Shown: positions 25,505 to 40,152, counted from the first letter of the stretch. The stretch: 64,000 nucleotides of DNA from Octopus vulgaris (GCA_951406725.2 OX597828.1:71300001-71364000), one strand, 5' to 3'. Numbers and translations are program-made. The notes: a model not told the origin generated them from the sequence alone.

Positions 25505-25992
25505 GTGAGAAAGAGTTAAACGTTTTTAAAAACACCAATTATAGTTTGGTTATGTGAATCATCATCATCATCATCATTTGATATCCATGTTGGTACTGGT
25601 ACCATGTAAAAAGCACCTAATATACTCTGTAAAGTGGTTGGTGTTCAGAAGGGCATCCAAACATTGCAAACCTACTCCTAATGAAGTCCTTCCAACCCAT
25701 GCAAGTGTGGGAAAGGGGACATTAAAATGATGATGATATACATACATGCACACACACACACATACATGCATATATACATACATATTACTTACATGCAATG
25801 GATACACATATACATATATATTTACATACATGCATGCACACACAAATGTATCCATACATACATACATGCAATGCATACACACACATATGCATCCATCCAT
25901 ACATACATGCATGCATGCATTTGTGTGTATTGACTTTTTAGCTATTATAGTGATGTATTGATAATGTTATTTTTTGTTTTTTTTATTTGCAG

Positions 25993-26177
25993 TCTCCTTG
26001 TCACCGTTGTTCCCTGATAAACTGATGCTAGGAATTGAGATCCGTGTGAAAGTGTCGGATTTTGTGAAGGAACGAATCAAGGCGTTGCGTACCATGAATC
26101 CTGGAAAGTACCAGAACATTGCTTGTATCAGATCCAATGCCATGAAATATCTTCCCAATTTTTTTGAAAAAGGACAG
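25993..26177 (+). CDS. METTL1: METTL1 exon 3 ([13 protein letters not shown]…[14 protein letters not shown])
   Basis: ttgcag acceptor and CAG|gttcgt donor. Conserved Trm8 sequence. Confidence 0.95.
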
Positions 26178-26325
26178 GTTCGTAGTATGTTGTTTTCCAC
26201 TGTGCTGCCTCGTTGAAAAATACATCCTTTACTCACTTTAAATCCCCATCATCATCATCTTCATCATCAAACATCCATTTAACACCTATTCTGATGTTAC
26301 ATTAATGATATAATTAGTAAAATTA

Positions 26326-26597
26326 AATAATAATAATAATGAAATTATTGTATACAGTGCTCAGGTGCACCACAACTTGTCAAAAGTGCGTATAAAGTAC
26401 ATGCAGTAATGTACAAATGTCTGGAAAGTGAACATTTTATGAGTCAGATACATGCTTGTGTGTGTATGGAGGGGAGGAAATCAGGTGTAGTGTTGACGAA
26501 TCTCAGGAAGCATGGAAGTTTTGAAGGATTCAGTGCTCCGACAACTAACAACCGATGCCGGCAGTTTGTTCCATGCTTCAGCAACTCTTAGCGTGAA
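26326..26597 (-). mobile_element. CR1-like LINE 3' end
   Basis: Minus strand FTLRVAEAWNKLPASVV…FK (CR1 C-terminal motif) followed by a (TTA)n tail. Confidence 0.7.
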
Positions 26598-27332
26598 TTA
26601 ACTGAGTTAACTGAAACTAAACCAGAGTAACTATGGGATACAAAAAAAAAATTAATTAAAAAAGTGGTTTACCATTCTTGGTAATAAAAGGTTTCTTGCT
26701 CCAAATAAAAATAGACTTGATGATGAATATGTAAGGAACATAATTCAATATGGTGGGGAACTTAAACCTGAGCACCAAATGTGGAGATTCTACAGTGGTT
26801 GGAAAGGAATTTGAAATGGTTTTCTACTCAAACACCTTCCAACCTTTATTTTATCTCTTTCCAGTCCTACTCATCACTCCCAACCTCCCCTCTGTAACGT
26901 GAGTAGCCCTTTAGCTCCTCCACAGCTAATCACTCCGAGAGTGTAATAGGTGCTTTTACAAGCCACCAGCATGGGTGCCATTTGCGTGACACCATTATCT
27001 GCCATGACTATGATTTTGCTCGGCTTGATGGGTCTTCTTCTCAAGCATGACATAATGCCAAAGGTGTCGGTCATTGCCTCCGTTGAGGCCCAACACTTGA
27101 AAGGAACTCAGCCACCTCACCTCCATGGTGGTACTGAAGTACTAAAGAGCAGTAGGGCACCCTAAAACCACGTGGCAAAGGACCATGTCAAGGAAAGGAG
27201 ACAAGAAAGATGGAGAAGCTAGAATGAGACCAGAACAGTTGTAGAAAACAGAGCTGGTTGGAGGGATCACATTGCGGCTTTGATTATGCCTCATGGCATG
27301 GAGAGACCTAGCTCCTCCATCTCATTGCTTAA

Positions 27333-27542
<210 letters not shown>

Positions 27543-27648
27543 TGATGTCTTTCATTCCACCTCTAGAATTATGGTCGTTAGGGTGGGACCGTCTCAGGAT
27601 GCAACACACCCAGTTAAGAACTGTTCAACAAAACCATTATTCGTTTAT

Positions 27649-28135
27649 TCTTTTACTTGTTTCAGTCATTTGAATGTGGCCATGCTGGAGCACCACCATT
27701 AGTTTATCATCTTTTATCTTTTATTTGTTTCAGTCATTGAACTGTGGCCATTCTGGGGCACCACTTTGAAGAATCTTTTGTTGAATGAATTGGCCTCAGT
27801 ATTTATTTAGTTTTATTTCTTAAGACAGCTCTGGTACTTATTCTGTTGACCTCTTTTGCTAAACTGCTAAGTTACGGTGATGTAAACACACCAACACTGG
27901 TTGTCAAGTAGTGGTGGAAGATAAACACAAACACATACATACACATTTATATATATATACACACACACATAAATACACGACAGGCTTCTTTCAGTTTCCA
28001 AATCCACTCACAAGGTTTTGGTTGGCTCCAAGGCTATAGTAGAAGACACTTGACCAAAGTGCCACTCAGTGGAACTGAACCTGGGACCATATGGTTGGGA
28101 AGCAAACTTCTTGCCACACAGCTATGCCTGCACCT
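27649..28135 (-). mobile_element. tRNA-derived SINE family A copy (with extra tail fragment)
   Basis: Reverse complement of family A. A further 5' part lies at ~28417-28568. Confidence 0.75.
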
Positions 28136-28584
28136 ATACTACTTTTAATAAACACAGATCATCTCTCAGTTGGGGTGTCTCTGGGTAAATAGATTATATT
28201 TTATGGAAGTATTTGGGAACACGGAGATAGATTATTTAACTGAGCTCTGCCTGAATCAATCAAAAAGATGTTATTTTGCCTCAGTAAATTCAACCAAGAG
28301 ACAAAATATAGAACAAATTGCACAATTCCTATTCCATGCTAACATAGAATTGGTAATCCCTCTCTCTCTTTCGGAGAGGCACTGAGCAGCTATACGCACA
28401 CATACACACACGGCAGTAACTTCCACCTACCGAATTCAATCACAAAGCTCCGGTTGGCTCGGGGCTATAGTGGAAGACACCTACCCAAAGTGACACGCAG
28501 TGGGACTGAACCCGAAACCATGTAGCTAGGAAGCAAGCTCCCTAACAACACAGCCATGCCCGCGCCTACAAATGATGATTATAA

Positions 28585-28800
<216 letters not shown>

Positions 28801-28833
28801 TGATTTTCTTTCTCTTTTGATCTTTCGTTTCAG

Positions 28834-28962
28834 CAAAGTGATATTGTTGTTGAGAAACTTTATGGAAGTACGGAAGAAGGTCAGAAGGTCACACGAAATA
28901 AAGGACAAAAATTCTTGGCTGTGTTTAGACGAATTAATGACCCTTACGTTAGTAAAAGGTGA
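28834..28962 (+). CDS. METTL1: METTL1 exon 6, terminal (…[11 protein letters not shown]…AVFRRI…*)
   Basis: tttcag acceptor, conserved TEEG-KV-RN and TGA at 28960-62. Total CDS is 759 nt (252 aa). Confidence 0.95.
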   Translation, partial: QSDIVVEKLYGSTEEGQKVTRNKGQKFLAVFRRINDPYVSKR

Positions 28963-29189
28963 CATTAAAACTATATTTTTGACTTCTTTTTGATTTTCTG
29001 TGATTCAACACTTGCATGTAAGTTGTGGAAGACTTTACGTTTAGATTTTTTCTCTGACTCAGGATTATGAAAACCACTTGGAATGGTTGCTCTTTTTCAT
29101 GTACCATTCCTACAGATGTTAGTTATCAGAGACCTCTGTCCAGTATTTGTCCCTTCGACAACTTAACCACATCATTCGGTCAGTCTCTT

Positions 29190-29640
29190 TTTTGTGGCCA
29201 GCTGATTAGGCTACTCAGCCTCTCTCTAAGTTGGTCTCATTATGGCCAGCTGGGAAGACCATCCTCTCTCTCTCTCCCCCCCTCCTCAGCTGATAGGGCT
29301 GCCTAATATATTCTCTCCCACTTTCCTTACTCTCAGTCAGTCTCTATAGCCAGCTGATAAGGCCATCCTCTCTCTTCTCTCTTACTCCTGTTTATAGGGC
29401 TGCCCACTCTATTCCCTTTCTCTACTTCTCTATGACCAGTTAGTAAGGCCAAACTGTCTCTTCTTTCTCTCTCTCCCTCTAGCTGACAGGATTGCCCAGG
29501 CTCTTCTCTCTCTCTTTCTCTCCATACTCTAAGCCAGTCTCCATAGCCAGCCAGTCAGGCCATGCTGTCTCTCCCCTTCTTTCTCTCTGGCCAGGTTAAG
29601 GCCATTGTGTATCTCTCTCTCTCTCTCCTGGCTTCGTCCT
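29190..29640. repeat. Degenerate tandem repeat of ccagctgata(a/g)ggc + (CT)n units
   Basis: Recurring CAGCTG(A) cores separated by CT-rich spacers. Confidence 0.55.
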
Positions 29641-30382
29641 TTCACTTCTCCGCGTTTCACTTTGCATTCAAGCCTCCTCGTATTCTATTTCGAGTCTTAC
29701 CTCCTCCTCCCGATCCCCATGGAACATCCAGACAACATTCATTATTTCTGAAGCAGTTTGAAATCTGAAGGTAAGGTTTCTAGCTTTCCATTCCACCCTT
29801 CCTCATTTCAAAACACAACTGTGGGACCAATTATGCCAGATACCAACCAAAAATTTCACTGTCAAGGTTGAGGTGGGATCTGTAACCTTGGATAGTGACC
29901 TTATCTTTGTTGTTTTGGTTCTCTACATGCAAGGTTCAAATCTTACTGAGGTCAACCTTATTTTTCATTCCTTTGGAGTCATTTTATTACCATGCAAGTA
30001 CTTAGGGGTCATTCTCCTCTCTCTGCTCCCCCCCACCTCTCTCTCTTTCTCAGAATTGGTTACATTGAAGGGGCCAAGAAAGAAACAGTTATCTTGCAGC
30101 CCTACAAACTTTTCCACCACCACCACCACCACTCTATGCACTCAAAGAAAGTATAAAGAAAAAGAAGTTGAGGCAGTTAATTGTTAGGGGTTTTTCAAGG
30201 TAGGATGGAATCCCTTAACCCTTCAGCATTCAGATTATTTTGTCAAATGTAATCCCTATTTATCCACATCGTTTCGAATTAATCATGGCTTATCTTGTGG
30301 CTTTGGGATTCTGATTAGGTAACTTAATTTTTTAAGTGACATTGTAGGGTAGGTGTGAGAGGCTGGATCTGGATGGTTTGAA

Positions 30383-31567
30383 CATCATCATCATCATCAT
30401 CGTTTAACGTCCGTTCTCCATGCTAGCATGGGTTGGATGGTTCGACCGGGGATCTGGGAAGCCTGAAGGCTGCACCAGGCTCCAGTCTTATCTGGCAATG
30501 TTTCTACAGCTGGATGCCCTTCCTAACGCCAACCACTCCGTGAGTGTAGTGGGTGATTTTTACGTGCCACCTGCACAGGTGCCAGGCGAGGCTGGCAACG
30601 GCCACGGTCGGATTGGTGTATTTTATGTGCCACCGGCACGGAAGCCAGTCGAGGCGGCGCTGGCATCGGCCATGAGTCGGATAGTGCTTTTTACGTACCA
30701 CCAGACCAGGGATCCTGGCTGGTTCAATTCGATTTCGATTTCGCTTTTGCTTGCCCCAACATGTCTTCGCAAGCAAAGGGGTTGGCATGGGTGCCTGTCG
30801 TCGGATGAGGTTCGATATCGACTTCACTTGCCTCAACAGGTCTTTGTGTCCAAGGGAGGAAAGGCATTCATAAGTGGGCTGGGCTCACTTGTCCTGCCTG
30901 GTCTTCTCACGTACAGCATATTTCCAAAGGTCTCGGTCGCTGGTCATTTCCTCAGTGAGGCCTAAAATTCGAAGGTCGTGCTTCACCACCTCGTCCCAGG
31001 TTTTCCTGGGTCTACCTCTTCCACGGGTTCCCTCAACTGCTAGGGATTGGCACTTTCTCACACACCTATCTTCATCCATTCTCGCCACATGACCATACCA
31101 GCGCAATCGTCTCTCTTGCACACCACAATTGATGCTTCTTAGGTACAACATTTCTCTCAAGGTACTAACGCTCTGTCGAGTATGTACACTGACATTACAC
31201 ATCCATCGGAGCATACTGGCTTCATTCCTCATGAGCTTACGCATGTCCTCAGCAGTCACGGCCCATGTTTCACTGCCATGTAGCATGGCTGTTCGTACAC
31301 ATGCATCATACAGTCTGCCTTTTACTCTGAGCGAGAGGCCTTTAGTCACCAGCAGAGGTAAGAGCTCCCTAAACTTTGCCCAGGCTATTCTTATTCTAGC
31401 AGTTACACTTTCAGCGCACCCACCCCCACTACTGACTTGGTCACCTAGATAACGGAAGCTATCAACTACTTCTAGTTTTCCCCCTGGAAAGTGACGGAAG
31501 TTGTTTTCTGCAGATTTTCGGAGGTTAATGCTCCCGAGCATCTGCCACATACAAAAACTATCTTCCC
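30383..31567 (-). mobile_element. Young 5'-truncated RTE-clade LINE
   Basis: Open frame LEVVDSFRYLGD…RLYDACVRTAMLHGSETW…RRLRWYGHVARM…GRGRPRKTW…DRDLW, then a 3'UTR and (ATG)n tail. Inserted inside another repeat (…ggtttgaa|cataaaac…). Confidence 0.92.
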
Positions 31568-32842
31568 ATAAAACGGAGAATATTTGGAATAGGTATGACT
31601 GGTTTAAGTGCCAAAGAGTCAAAGCATTTGTCCAGCTCTCTTGAGTTCACATCTCACCAAGATCAACTTGGCCTTTCGTCTTTCCAAGGCCAATAAATAA
31701 GGTACTAGGCAGGGGCATGAATAAGGTACTAGACAGGTGCATTAAATTGACGATATTGTTAGAATGTTGGATGAGGTGCCTTGGGGTATTCATTCCAGCT
31801 TTTCCTGATCTGAATTCAAATCCCTCTGCTTACATTTAGCCACTTCATAGACAAAAAAGAAAAGGAATCTTTCAGACCTTTCTGTCAGTGTTACACCTCT
31901 CGTGTCGTCACATAATTTGATGCATTAATTAGTGGGGGTGACATCATCTCAGTCACATGAATGTACACAAATGTGGACTTTACACTGACGTGGGACAAAA
32001 TGTCATCATCACCATCATCATCATAGCATCTACATTTCTATGCTTGCATGTTTTGGATGGGAATTGTCAAGGCAGATTTTCTACAGCTAGATGCCCTTCC
32101 TGTTGCCAACCCTCACCTGTTTCCAAACAAGGTAATATTTCCCCTAGATATGTTCTCACAGACTATTGGAGATGAACGACACTGCTTGTATGACAGTGAT
32201 ACTCATTTACAAACACCACAAACATATGCAAAACACACACACACACACAACAAATTTCCTTCAGTTTTTGTCTGCCAAATCCACTCACAAGGTTTTGGTT
32301 GGCCCAAGGCTACAGTGGAACACTCTTGTCCCAGGTGCCATGCAGTGGGACTGAACCCAAAAGACAGAGGGCAAGAAAATTGAAGCATCAAAAGACACCG
32401 GTCAACTTGAAGTCATATCTAGAGGACACTTGGACACAATGTGAATGAAGCTTAAGCTTCGACTACACCCACACGGCCCTCCTCTTCTTTTTCCAAATGG
32501 GGTAGACATGACTCTCCTCTGCTGCAAGATCTGTTTCCCTCCCTCAGTACTGTTCTTCACTCAGTATATGTTTTGTGTGTGTGTATGTGTGTATGTACAC
32601 ACACACACAGGTGCCCCATCATGGCTGTAGTCTAATGACTGAAACAAATAAAAGAGTAAATGTTATATTGATATATATAAGCTCAACATAGCTGTGTGGT
32701 TAAACAGCTTGCTTCCCAATCCTGTGATTACTGGTTCAGTCCCATTGCACTGCACTGTGGGTAAGTGTCTCCTAATACAGCTCCAGACCAACCAAAGCTT
32801 TGTGAGTGAATTTGAATTTGATTGACAGAAACTGAAAGAAGA

Positions 32843-33950
32843 TCATCATCATCATCATCATCATTGTCCATGCTGGCATTGGTTGGACGCCTTGACCAGT
32901 GCTGCTAAACTGGAAAACTGCACCAGACTCCAGTCTTATTTGGTATGGTTCTACGGCTGGATGCCCTTCGTAACACCAATCTCTGAGAGGGTGATGGGTG
33001 TTTTATGTGCCACCGGCATGGGTGCCATTTGCATGATATCGGTATCTTCCATGACTGTGATTTTGCTCGGCTTAATGGGTCTTCTTCTCAAGCATGACAT
33101 AATGCCAATGGTCTCAGTCATTGCCTCTGTGAGGCCCAACATTCAAAAGGAATTCAGTCACTTTGCTTCCCTGAGGCCCAATGCTTGAAAGGAACTTAGC
33201 CACTTTGCCTCCATGAAGCCCAATACTCAAAAGGAACTTGGCCACTTTTCTCCCATGTGGCCCAGTGCTCAAAAGGAACTCGGCCACTTTGTCTCTGTGA
33301 GGCCCAACACTTGAAAGGAACTCGGCCACTTTGCCTCTGTGAGGCCCAATGCTCCAACAGTGCTCTTTACGTGCCAGTTACATGAGACCATCAGCCATGC
33401 CTATGATTTCCCTTGTCTTGAAGGGTCTTCTTCTCAATCACAGTATATCGCCAAAGGTCTTGGTCACTAGTCATTGCCTCTGTGAGGCCCAAAGATCAAA
33501 TATGCTTAACCACCTCGTCCCATGTCTTCCTGGATCTACCTCTACCACAGGTTCCATCCACAGTTAGAGATCAGTACTTCTTTACACAGCTATCCTCATC
33601 CATACACATCACATGACTGTACCAGTGCAGTCATCTTTCTTGCACACCATATCTGAAGCCTATTAAGCCTAACTTTTCTCTCAAGATGCTTACACTCTGT
33701 CAAACATGCACAATGACATTGCACATCCAGTAATAAATACTGGCTTCATTTCTCTCAAACCTGCACATGTCCTCAGTTGTCGCAGCCCATGTTTCACTGC
33801 CATGTAGCAGAGTTGTTTGCACACAGGCATAATACAATCTACCTTTCATTCTGAGAGAGAGGCCCTTTGTTGCCAACAGAGGTAGGAGCTCTCTGAACTT
33901 TGCCCAGCCTAATCTTATTTTCACTGCTACCCCCTCTACTACTAACCTAG
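32843..33950 (-). mobile_element. Composite RTE LINE fragments including an internal 42-bp minisatellite
   Basis: (ATG)n tail, shared 3'UTR and KIRLGWAKFRELLPLLATKGLSLRMKGRLY…HGSETW. Confidence 0.8.
33119..33355. repeat. 42-bp tandem repeat, ~5.6 copies
   Basis: Unit ctttgcctctgtgaggcccaacacttgaaaggaactcggcca. Confidence 0.85.
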
Positions 33951-34127
33951 TTTGAGAAGCACTGATCTAGGTGAATATCTGATGTGGCGTAGCAGCAGTT
34001 ATTTTTTCTTCCAATGCACCAGGGACCGGTAATATTTCTGAGTGATATTAATTTATACTGCAAACAATATATATAATGAATATAATAAAAGCTGACAATT
34101 TTTTTTTATTTCATATTGATTTTGTAA

Positions 34128-34810
34128 ACATCATCATCATCATCGTTTAACGTCCGTTTTCCATGCTAGCATGGGTTGGAAGGTTCGACTGGGGTCTGGG
34201 AAGCTAGGAGGCTGCACCAGGCCCAGTCTGATCTGGCAGTGTTTCTACAGCTGGATGCCTTTCCTAACGCCAACCACTCCAAGAGTGTAGTGGGTGCTTT
34301 TTACGTGCCACCGGCACTGGTAATCACAACTATAATTTCCATTGATTTTTGAGCGATTTCGATTCTGATCCTCACTTGCCTCAACAGGTCTTCGCCAGCA
34401 GAGTTTTGTGTCCCAAGAAGGAAAGGTATGCATAAGTGGGCTGGCTACATCCCAGGTAGAGGCCACGGGTTGTGGCCTCACTTGTCCTGCTGGGTCTTCT
34501 CACACACAGTATACTTCCAAAGGTCTCAGTCACTAGTCATTGCCTCGGTGAGACCTAATGTTCGAAGGTCGTGCTTCACCACCTCGTCCCAGGTTTTCCT
34601 GGGTCTACCTCTTCCACAGGTTCCCTCAACTGCTAGGGTGTGGCACTTTTTCACACAACTATCTTCATCCATTCTCGCCACATGACCATACCAGTACAAT
34701 CGTCTCTCTTGCACACTACAACTAATGCTTCTTAGGTCCAACTTTTCTCTCAAGGTACTTACACTCTGTTGAGTATGAACACTGACATTACACATCCATT
34801 GGAGCATATC
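34128..34810 (-). mobile_element. 5'-truncated RTE LINE copy
   Basis: MLQWMCNVSVH…GRGRPRKTWDEVVKHDLRTLGLTEAM, 3'UTR and (ATG)n tail. Confidence 0.88.
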
Positions 34811-34846
34811 AGTGTACATACTCGACAGAGTGTAACAAATAATAAT

Positions 34847-34912
<66 letters not shown>

Positions 34913-35559
34913 ACGTGCATCTAGGCATCATGTGATGGCTTGTATATGGACATGATTGTCACACCAATGATGTTATTTCCAGTCTTCCATGAAAACCATG
35001 TCTGGCCATGACAAAACAACCTTGGCTTGGAAACCGGTGAGGGTTGCTAAGAGGAAGGGCGTCCATCCAAGAAAACCTGCCTTAATAAATCCATCTGACC
35101 TGTGAAAGCATGGAAATGTGAGCATAACAAAACGACATTTTGATATAAATACTGCTTCCATCACTTATAATTAATTAATAATTAACTTTTAATAAACCTG
35201 TGGAAAGGATGCTGATATTCTATGTTCCATGGCAGCATGATTTGACCGGCATTTGCCACTGATAAAGTCCAGTTGACCAAAATCCTATGACATGGGAATT
35301 CTGATGCCCATGACAGACGATTCTCATCTGCTACAATCTATGTGCAAGCTTCACTTGGTGCCTGTAAGTGACTACTAATGCAATATTCGGTGTTCTAAGA
35401 AAGCATCCATGTTAAATTGGATATAAAGGGGACCTTTTTATATTAATACTGCTTCCACAACTAGTAATTAATCGATGATATGTATAAAGGTGGTGCCCCA
35501 GCATGGCCGCAGTCAAATGACTGAAACAAGTAAAAGAATAAAGAAATATATAAGCATAT

Positions 35560-35932
35560 GGGTGCAGGAATGGTTGAGTGGTAAGTAGCTTGCATACCAA
35601 CCTCATGGTTCCGGGTTCATTCCCACTGCGTGGCACTTACTATAGCCTCGGGGTCAACCAAAGCCTTGTGAGTGGATTTGGTAGACGGAAACTGAAAGAA
35701 GCCTGTCGTGTATATATATATGTGTGTGTTTGTGTTTGTCCCCACCAACATTGCTTGACAATTGATGCTGGTGTGTTTACGTCCCCGTTACTTAGCGGTT
35801 CGGCAAAAGAGTCCGATAGAATAAGTAGTAGGCTTCCAAAGAATATGTCCTGGGGTCGATGTGCTTGACTAAAGGCAGTGCTCCAGCATGGACACAGTCA
35901 AATGACTGAAACAAGTAAAAGAATAAAAAGAG
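35560..35932 (+). mobile_element. tRNA-derived SINE family A copy
   Basis: Same head, body and tail as 4493-4890. Confidence 0.85.
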
Positions 35933-35948
35933 TACATATTTGTATACA

Positions 35949-37168
35949 ATAGGTGCAAGGAGTATTTGAGGACGCTTAATCATCCATATATTCCTCACTT
36001 CAGACCAACTAAAAGGTTTTTATTTCTTTCAGATCCCCAATGGCAGATACAATGCTAACGCAAGAAATGAAAAGGCATGCAGTCATTGTTGCCATTTGTG
36101 CAGAACACAGCGACTTAGAAATTGCCAACTTTCTAAATGTTGCAAGATCCTTTGTTCACAAAGTTCGGATGGAACTGGAAGCTTCCGGTGGGAATGTTTC
36201 AATTGTATCAAAGAGAAAGAAACATTGTAAACGTTCGGACACTATAAGGACACCGCAATTCATCCAGCGGGTTCAACACATTGTCAGTGATCACCCCGAA
36301 AAGTCATTGAGGGCCGTTGCTAAAGAACTTGAGGTGTCGGAGTGGACTGTCAGAACTGTGGTGCATGAGGGCATTTAATGCCAGTCGTAGGTGTTGTGTG
36401 AAGCCAGCTCATGTCTGCAAAGATATTTGATCTGTGTCGAACAGTTACTGAGAAAAGTTTTTAAAAAATCTTCAGGAACATGGCATGTTACGGTTTTCTT
36501 CTGCTGAGAAAATCTTTGACCGAGGCCCAACAGGAGAAATGATAGATGGTTATCCCTCTGCAGGACGCCAGTGATGCATATTCGGTTTCCAGCAACTGGA
36601 ATGGTTTAAGGAGTGGTGAATAACAAAGGCCATGAGAAGCCACCTCACATCTTTCCACATTGTATTAGAATTAATGCTGCTGGATGTGTTGAGGTGCTGA
36701 GACGGGTATTAAACCCTGGATGGATGAAGGACACAGTTGAAGGCTGTATGTGTTCCAAACAAACTCAGCACTTTTGCACAAAGCCCACTCACCCCAAGAA
36801 TGGATATCAGACAATCTTTATGATCCCGTAACATTGAACCTGTGGCCGCCTAACTTGACAGATTTAAATCCCATGGATTACCACGTTTGGAGAGTTGTTG
36901 AAAGGGAGAATAATTGACGCAATATCACTGAAGGCCACTGTTATCCAGGTGATGGTGTCCAAAATGAAATACAAACCATTTAATGCATGCATGTCAAAAG
37001 ATTCTGGTTCTCCATCGAAGCGAAACGCTGATTCATTGAATCATCTTATAAGATAGCTTATTGAGAACATATGCACAAATTTTTATTAAAATACATTTTA
37101 TTTTTTACTAAATTAGACTGGTTTTATTAAATTACCAAATATGTCTTTAAATACCTCTTGCACCCTAT
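35949..37168 (+). mobile_element. Decayed Tc1/mariner-superfamily transposon (maT/DD37D-like)
   Basis: TIRs aggtgcaaggagtatttgaggac / gtctttaaatacctcttgcaccct. HTH ORF at 36040-36378 and a WPPNLTDLNPMDYHVW motif near 36840. Confidence 0.8.
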
Positions 37169-37193
37169 ATGTATGTATATGTGTGTGTGTATG

Positions 37194-37229
<36 letters not shown>

Positions 37230-37579
37230 GAATTTACAAAAAAACGAAAAACGATGACAGGTGAGCAAACAACAAACATGTGTGTGTGTGTTGTATATAT
37301 ATGTATTTATATACATATATATATGTATATATATACATATATATATATGTATATACACACGAGGGTGTGCTAAAAAGTTCCTGGCTTTGGATAAAAGAAA
37401 AGGATCAGTTAATTATGATTTTATTCAACATATTCTCCTCTCAGATGCACACATTTGTTGCAGCCATTCTTGTTTTTCTAAAAGAACTCAAGACGTTGGC
37501 CCTCCAACCAGGCCATTTGTGATAACCTTAAAGCCTGGAACTTTTCAGCACCCATTCATCTGTACACATCATCCTCCTC

Positions 37580-38780
37580 ATTGTTGTTTTGTCCACTTTC
37601 CTATGTCTGCATGGGGGGTGGAGTCATCACTCTTGCCTGCTGTGTCCCATTCGCTTCTCAACACATTTGCACAATGTCGTACATGCACACTGACTTTGCA
37701 TGGCCACCACAACATATTAAGCTTTATTTCTTTCTAGTCTCTGCATGTCATCTACATTCAGAGCCCACATCTCACTATCATGTAGCATTGCTGTTCATAC
37801 AATCTGCCGTTTCTCCATCCTTTTCCTTTTCTAGCAACTACACTTTCAGAACATTCTGCTCCACTATTAACTCGAAGAAACTATCTCCTACCTGTTATGA
37901 ACCTTTTGGGCATTTCCCACGTATTCTGTGTTTGTTCCTGCCACATAATCTACTTTCTCCCTGAAACCTACTTGTAATTCCACTGAACATCCTGTGTATC
38001 CTTATGGAATTTCAACCAATACATCAAATGGGGTCAATTTCCTGCTTACTAGAACTTTTGATATTTACTAAGTTATTTTTAAGGACCTTAGATTTCAGAT
38101 TTTGTTTTCATACCTGAAATTTCTCTTTTAATTCTTCTGTAGATTTTACTATAAGAATGGGATCCTCAGCATATTGTAGTTCCAAAGACACCTGGTTTTA
38201 AATTCCTGTTATGACCTACTGGACTATGATGAATAGGGAGGGGCCTGAGAATGGACCCCTGGCAAATACCTACCTGTACTCTAAATTTGTTGATAACTCC
38301 CCCTTTACTAACAGCACCGCTGTACATAGCTTGTATAGCTGTTACAAACCATTCGTCTACCCTTAGCTTTCTCCAGATCCATGAATACCAAGTACAATGG
38401 TTTACTCTTAACTAAATACTTTTGCAGTTGCCTTACCAAGAAGATGGCCTCTGTAGTACCCCTCTCTAGCACAGAAACCAAACTGCACCTCACCTCGTCT
38501 CAGTTCTGTTTATAATTAATTGGGACCATAGGACTAACTACAATGCTGCTGCACCGGTTGTTGAGTAGGACAGGATTACTTCAACTGTACGGATGACTGG
38601 TCTGTCTCTTACTCTGCCAGCTATTTTAAGCATCTCACGGGTGATTCCTTGATGGATTAAGGGCTTCCCCTGCTTTTATATCCTTAATTGCTTTATCTAT
38701 TATACTGCTATCGACTGAGATGGTTCCTATGTTCCTTTCATAGCAGCACTTCTGGGCCACTAAATGCAAATGTACCATTA
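37580..38780 (-). mobile_element. Old RTE LINE RT-domain remnant
   Basis: RGTTEAIFLVRQLQKYLVKSKPLYLVFMDLEKA (RT motif) and further decayed motifs. Confidence 0.7.
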
Positions 38781-40152
38781 TCCATCTGCTCACTTTTCTA
38801 TCCATGTGGCTTTGATTTCAGTCCAATGCATGGCATTTTGGGCAAGTCACTTCTCCTCTGACCCCAAGCTGACCAATGCCTTGTGAGGGAATTTGGTAGA
38901 TGTAAAGTGAAGACCCTGGGCCTCACTGAGGTGAGATGTGCCAAGCTAAGTAAAATCGCTGTCTTCCACCTGTACAGGCTTGTCCTTTACAGGTGTCAGG
39001 GTCACTTAAAAAGCAACCAAGCCAGTGCTGCATTAATGCATCCATGCCGAGGGCACATAAAAGGCACCCAGCACACTTTGTTAAATGGTTGGCATTAAGA
39101 AGAGCATCCTGCCACAGAAACCATGCCTCAACAGACAGCTCCATGTCAAACTGTCCAATCCATGCCAGCATGGAAAGCAGATGTTAAATGATATATGTGT
39201 ACAAATTCCTTACTTGGAAAACAGGTATGGTTTGGTAACAAGTCGTGCATTCAGCTGTGAACCCCACCCCCCTCCTCAAATCCATCTGTGTCTATGCCAT
39301 TCTTGCAATATAAATCGGGCATCAAATGAAATAAAGGATGCAAAATTATTAAGGGTTTAGTCTTTCACATTACTTTAATGGCTTCTTCAGAGCCGTGTAA
39401 ACAAGCCTCTGGGACTAGGGAGACCTGTTGCAAATGTCTGCAGCCGAACAGTTTACTGCCTTCCAAATATTATTCACAAAGCTTTAGTTGACCAACTTCT
39501 TAATAGCACAGCTGCCAACTCACAACACGTTGCTCATCATTGAAAACTTTCAGCCATTCTACTTTTCATTAACCATTTTGATACCAAACCCACCTCGGAC
39601 TACCTTTGGTTCTATGGTACCTAATTGAGTAGATCTACAACTAAAGGGACTCCAGCCATAACCACCCATCTTAGTTTTTCCTCTCCCAGAAACTGTGCCT
39701 GGGTCCACCGTCTCCAGGGCATCCATCTGTGTGTGGAGCAAAAGTGAAGTTATCTGAACTGATTTTTGAGTGACAGTTGAATTGAAGAAATCAGAACCCG
39801 TCCTAGCAGAGATTTCAGTAGAATTTCATCGCCATTTAATGTCTTGCTTTAAAGTGATCTAAATGAAAAGCTTCCATCCAAAATTTTTGTTGTGTTCCAA
39901 ACACCAGATTAATAATGATAAAGTTGTTTTGCTAAATTCTTCGTGATTTTCAAAAATAATTAAAACAAATGCCGTGAATTTCAATAGAAATATGGTAACA
40001 AAACGGTTCGAAGGGACACTAGTACTGCTATCCCATTGATGAGAAATATTCAACAGCCACACCCTCACCTTCACGCAAAGCAATCCCCTCCCTCACATCA
40101 ACAGTAAAGTCAGTGAAAGACAAAAATAAGCAACAAAGTCTAAATTATTGTT

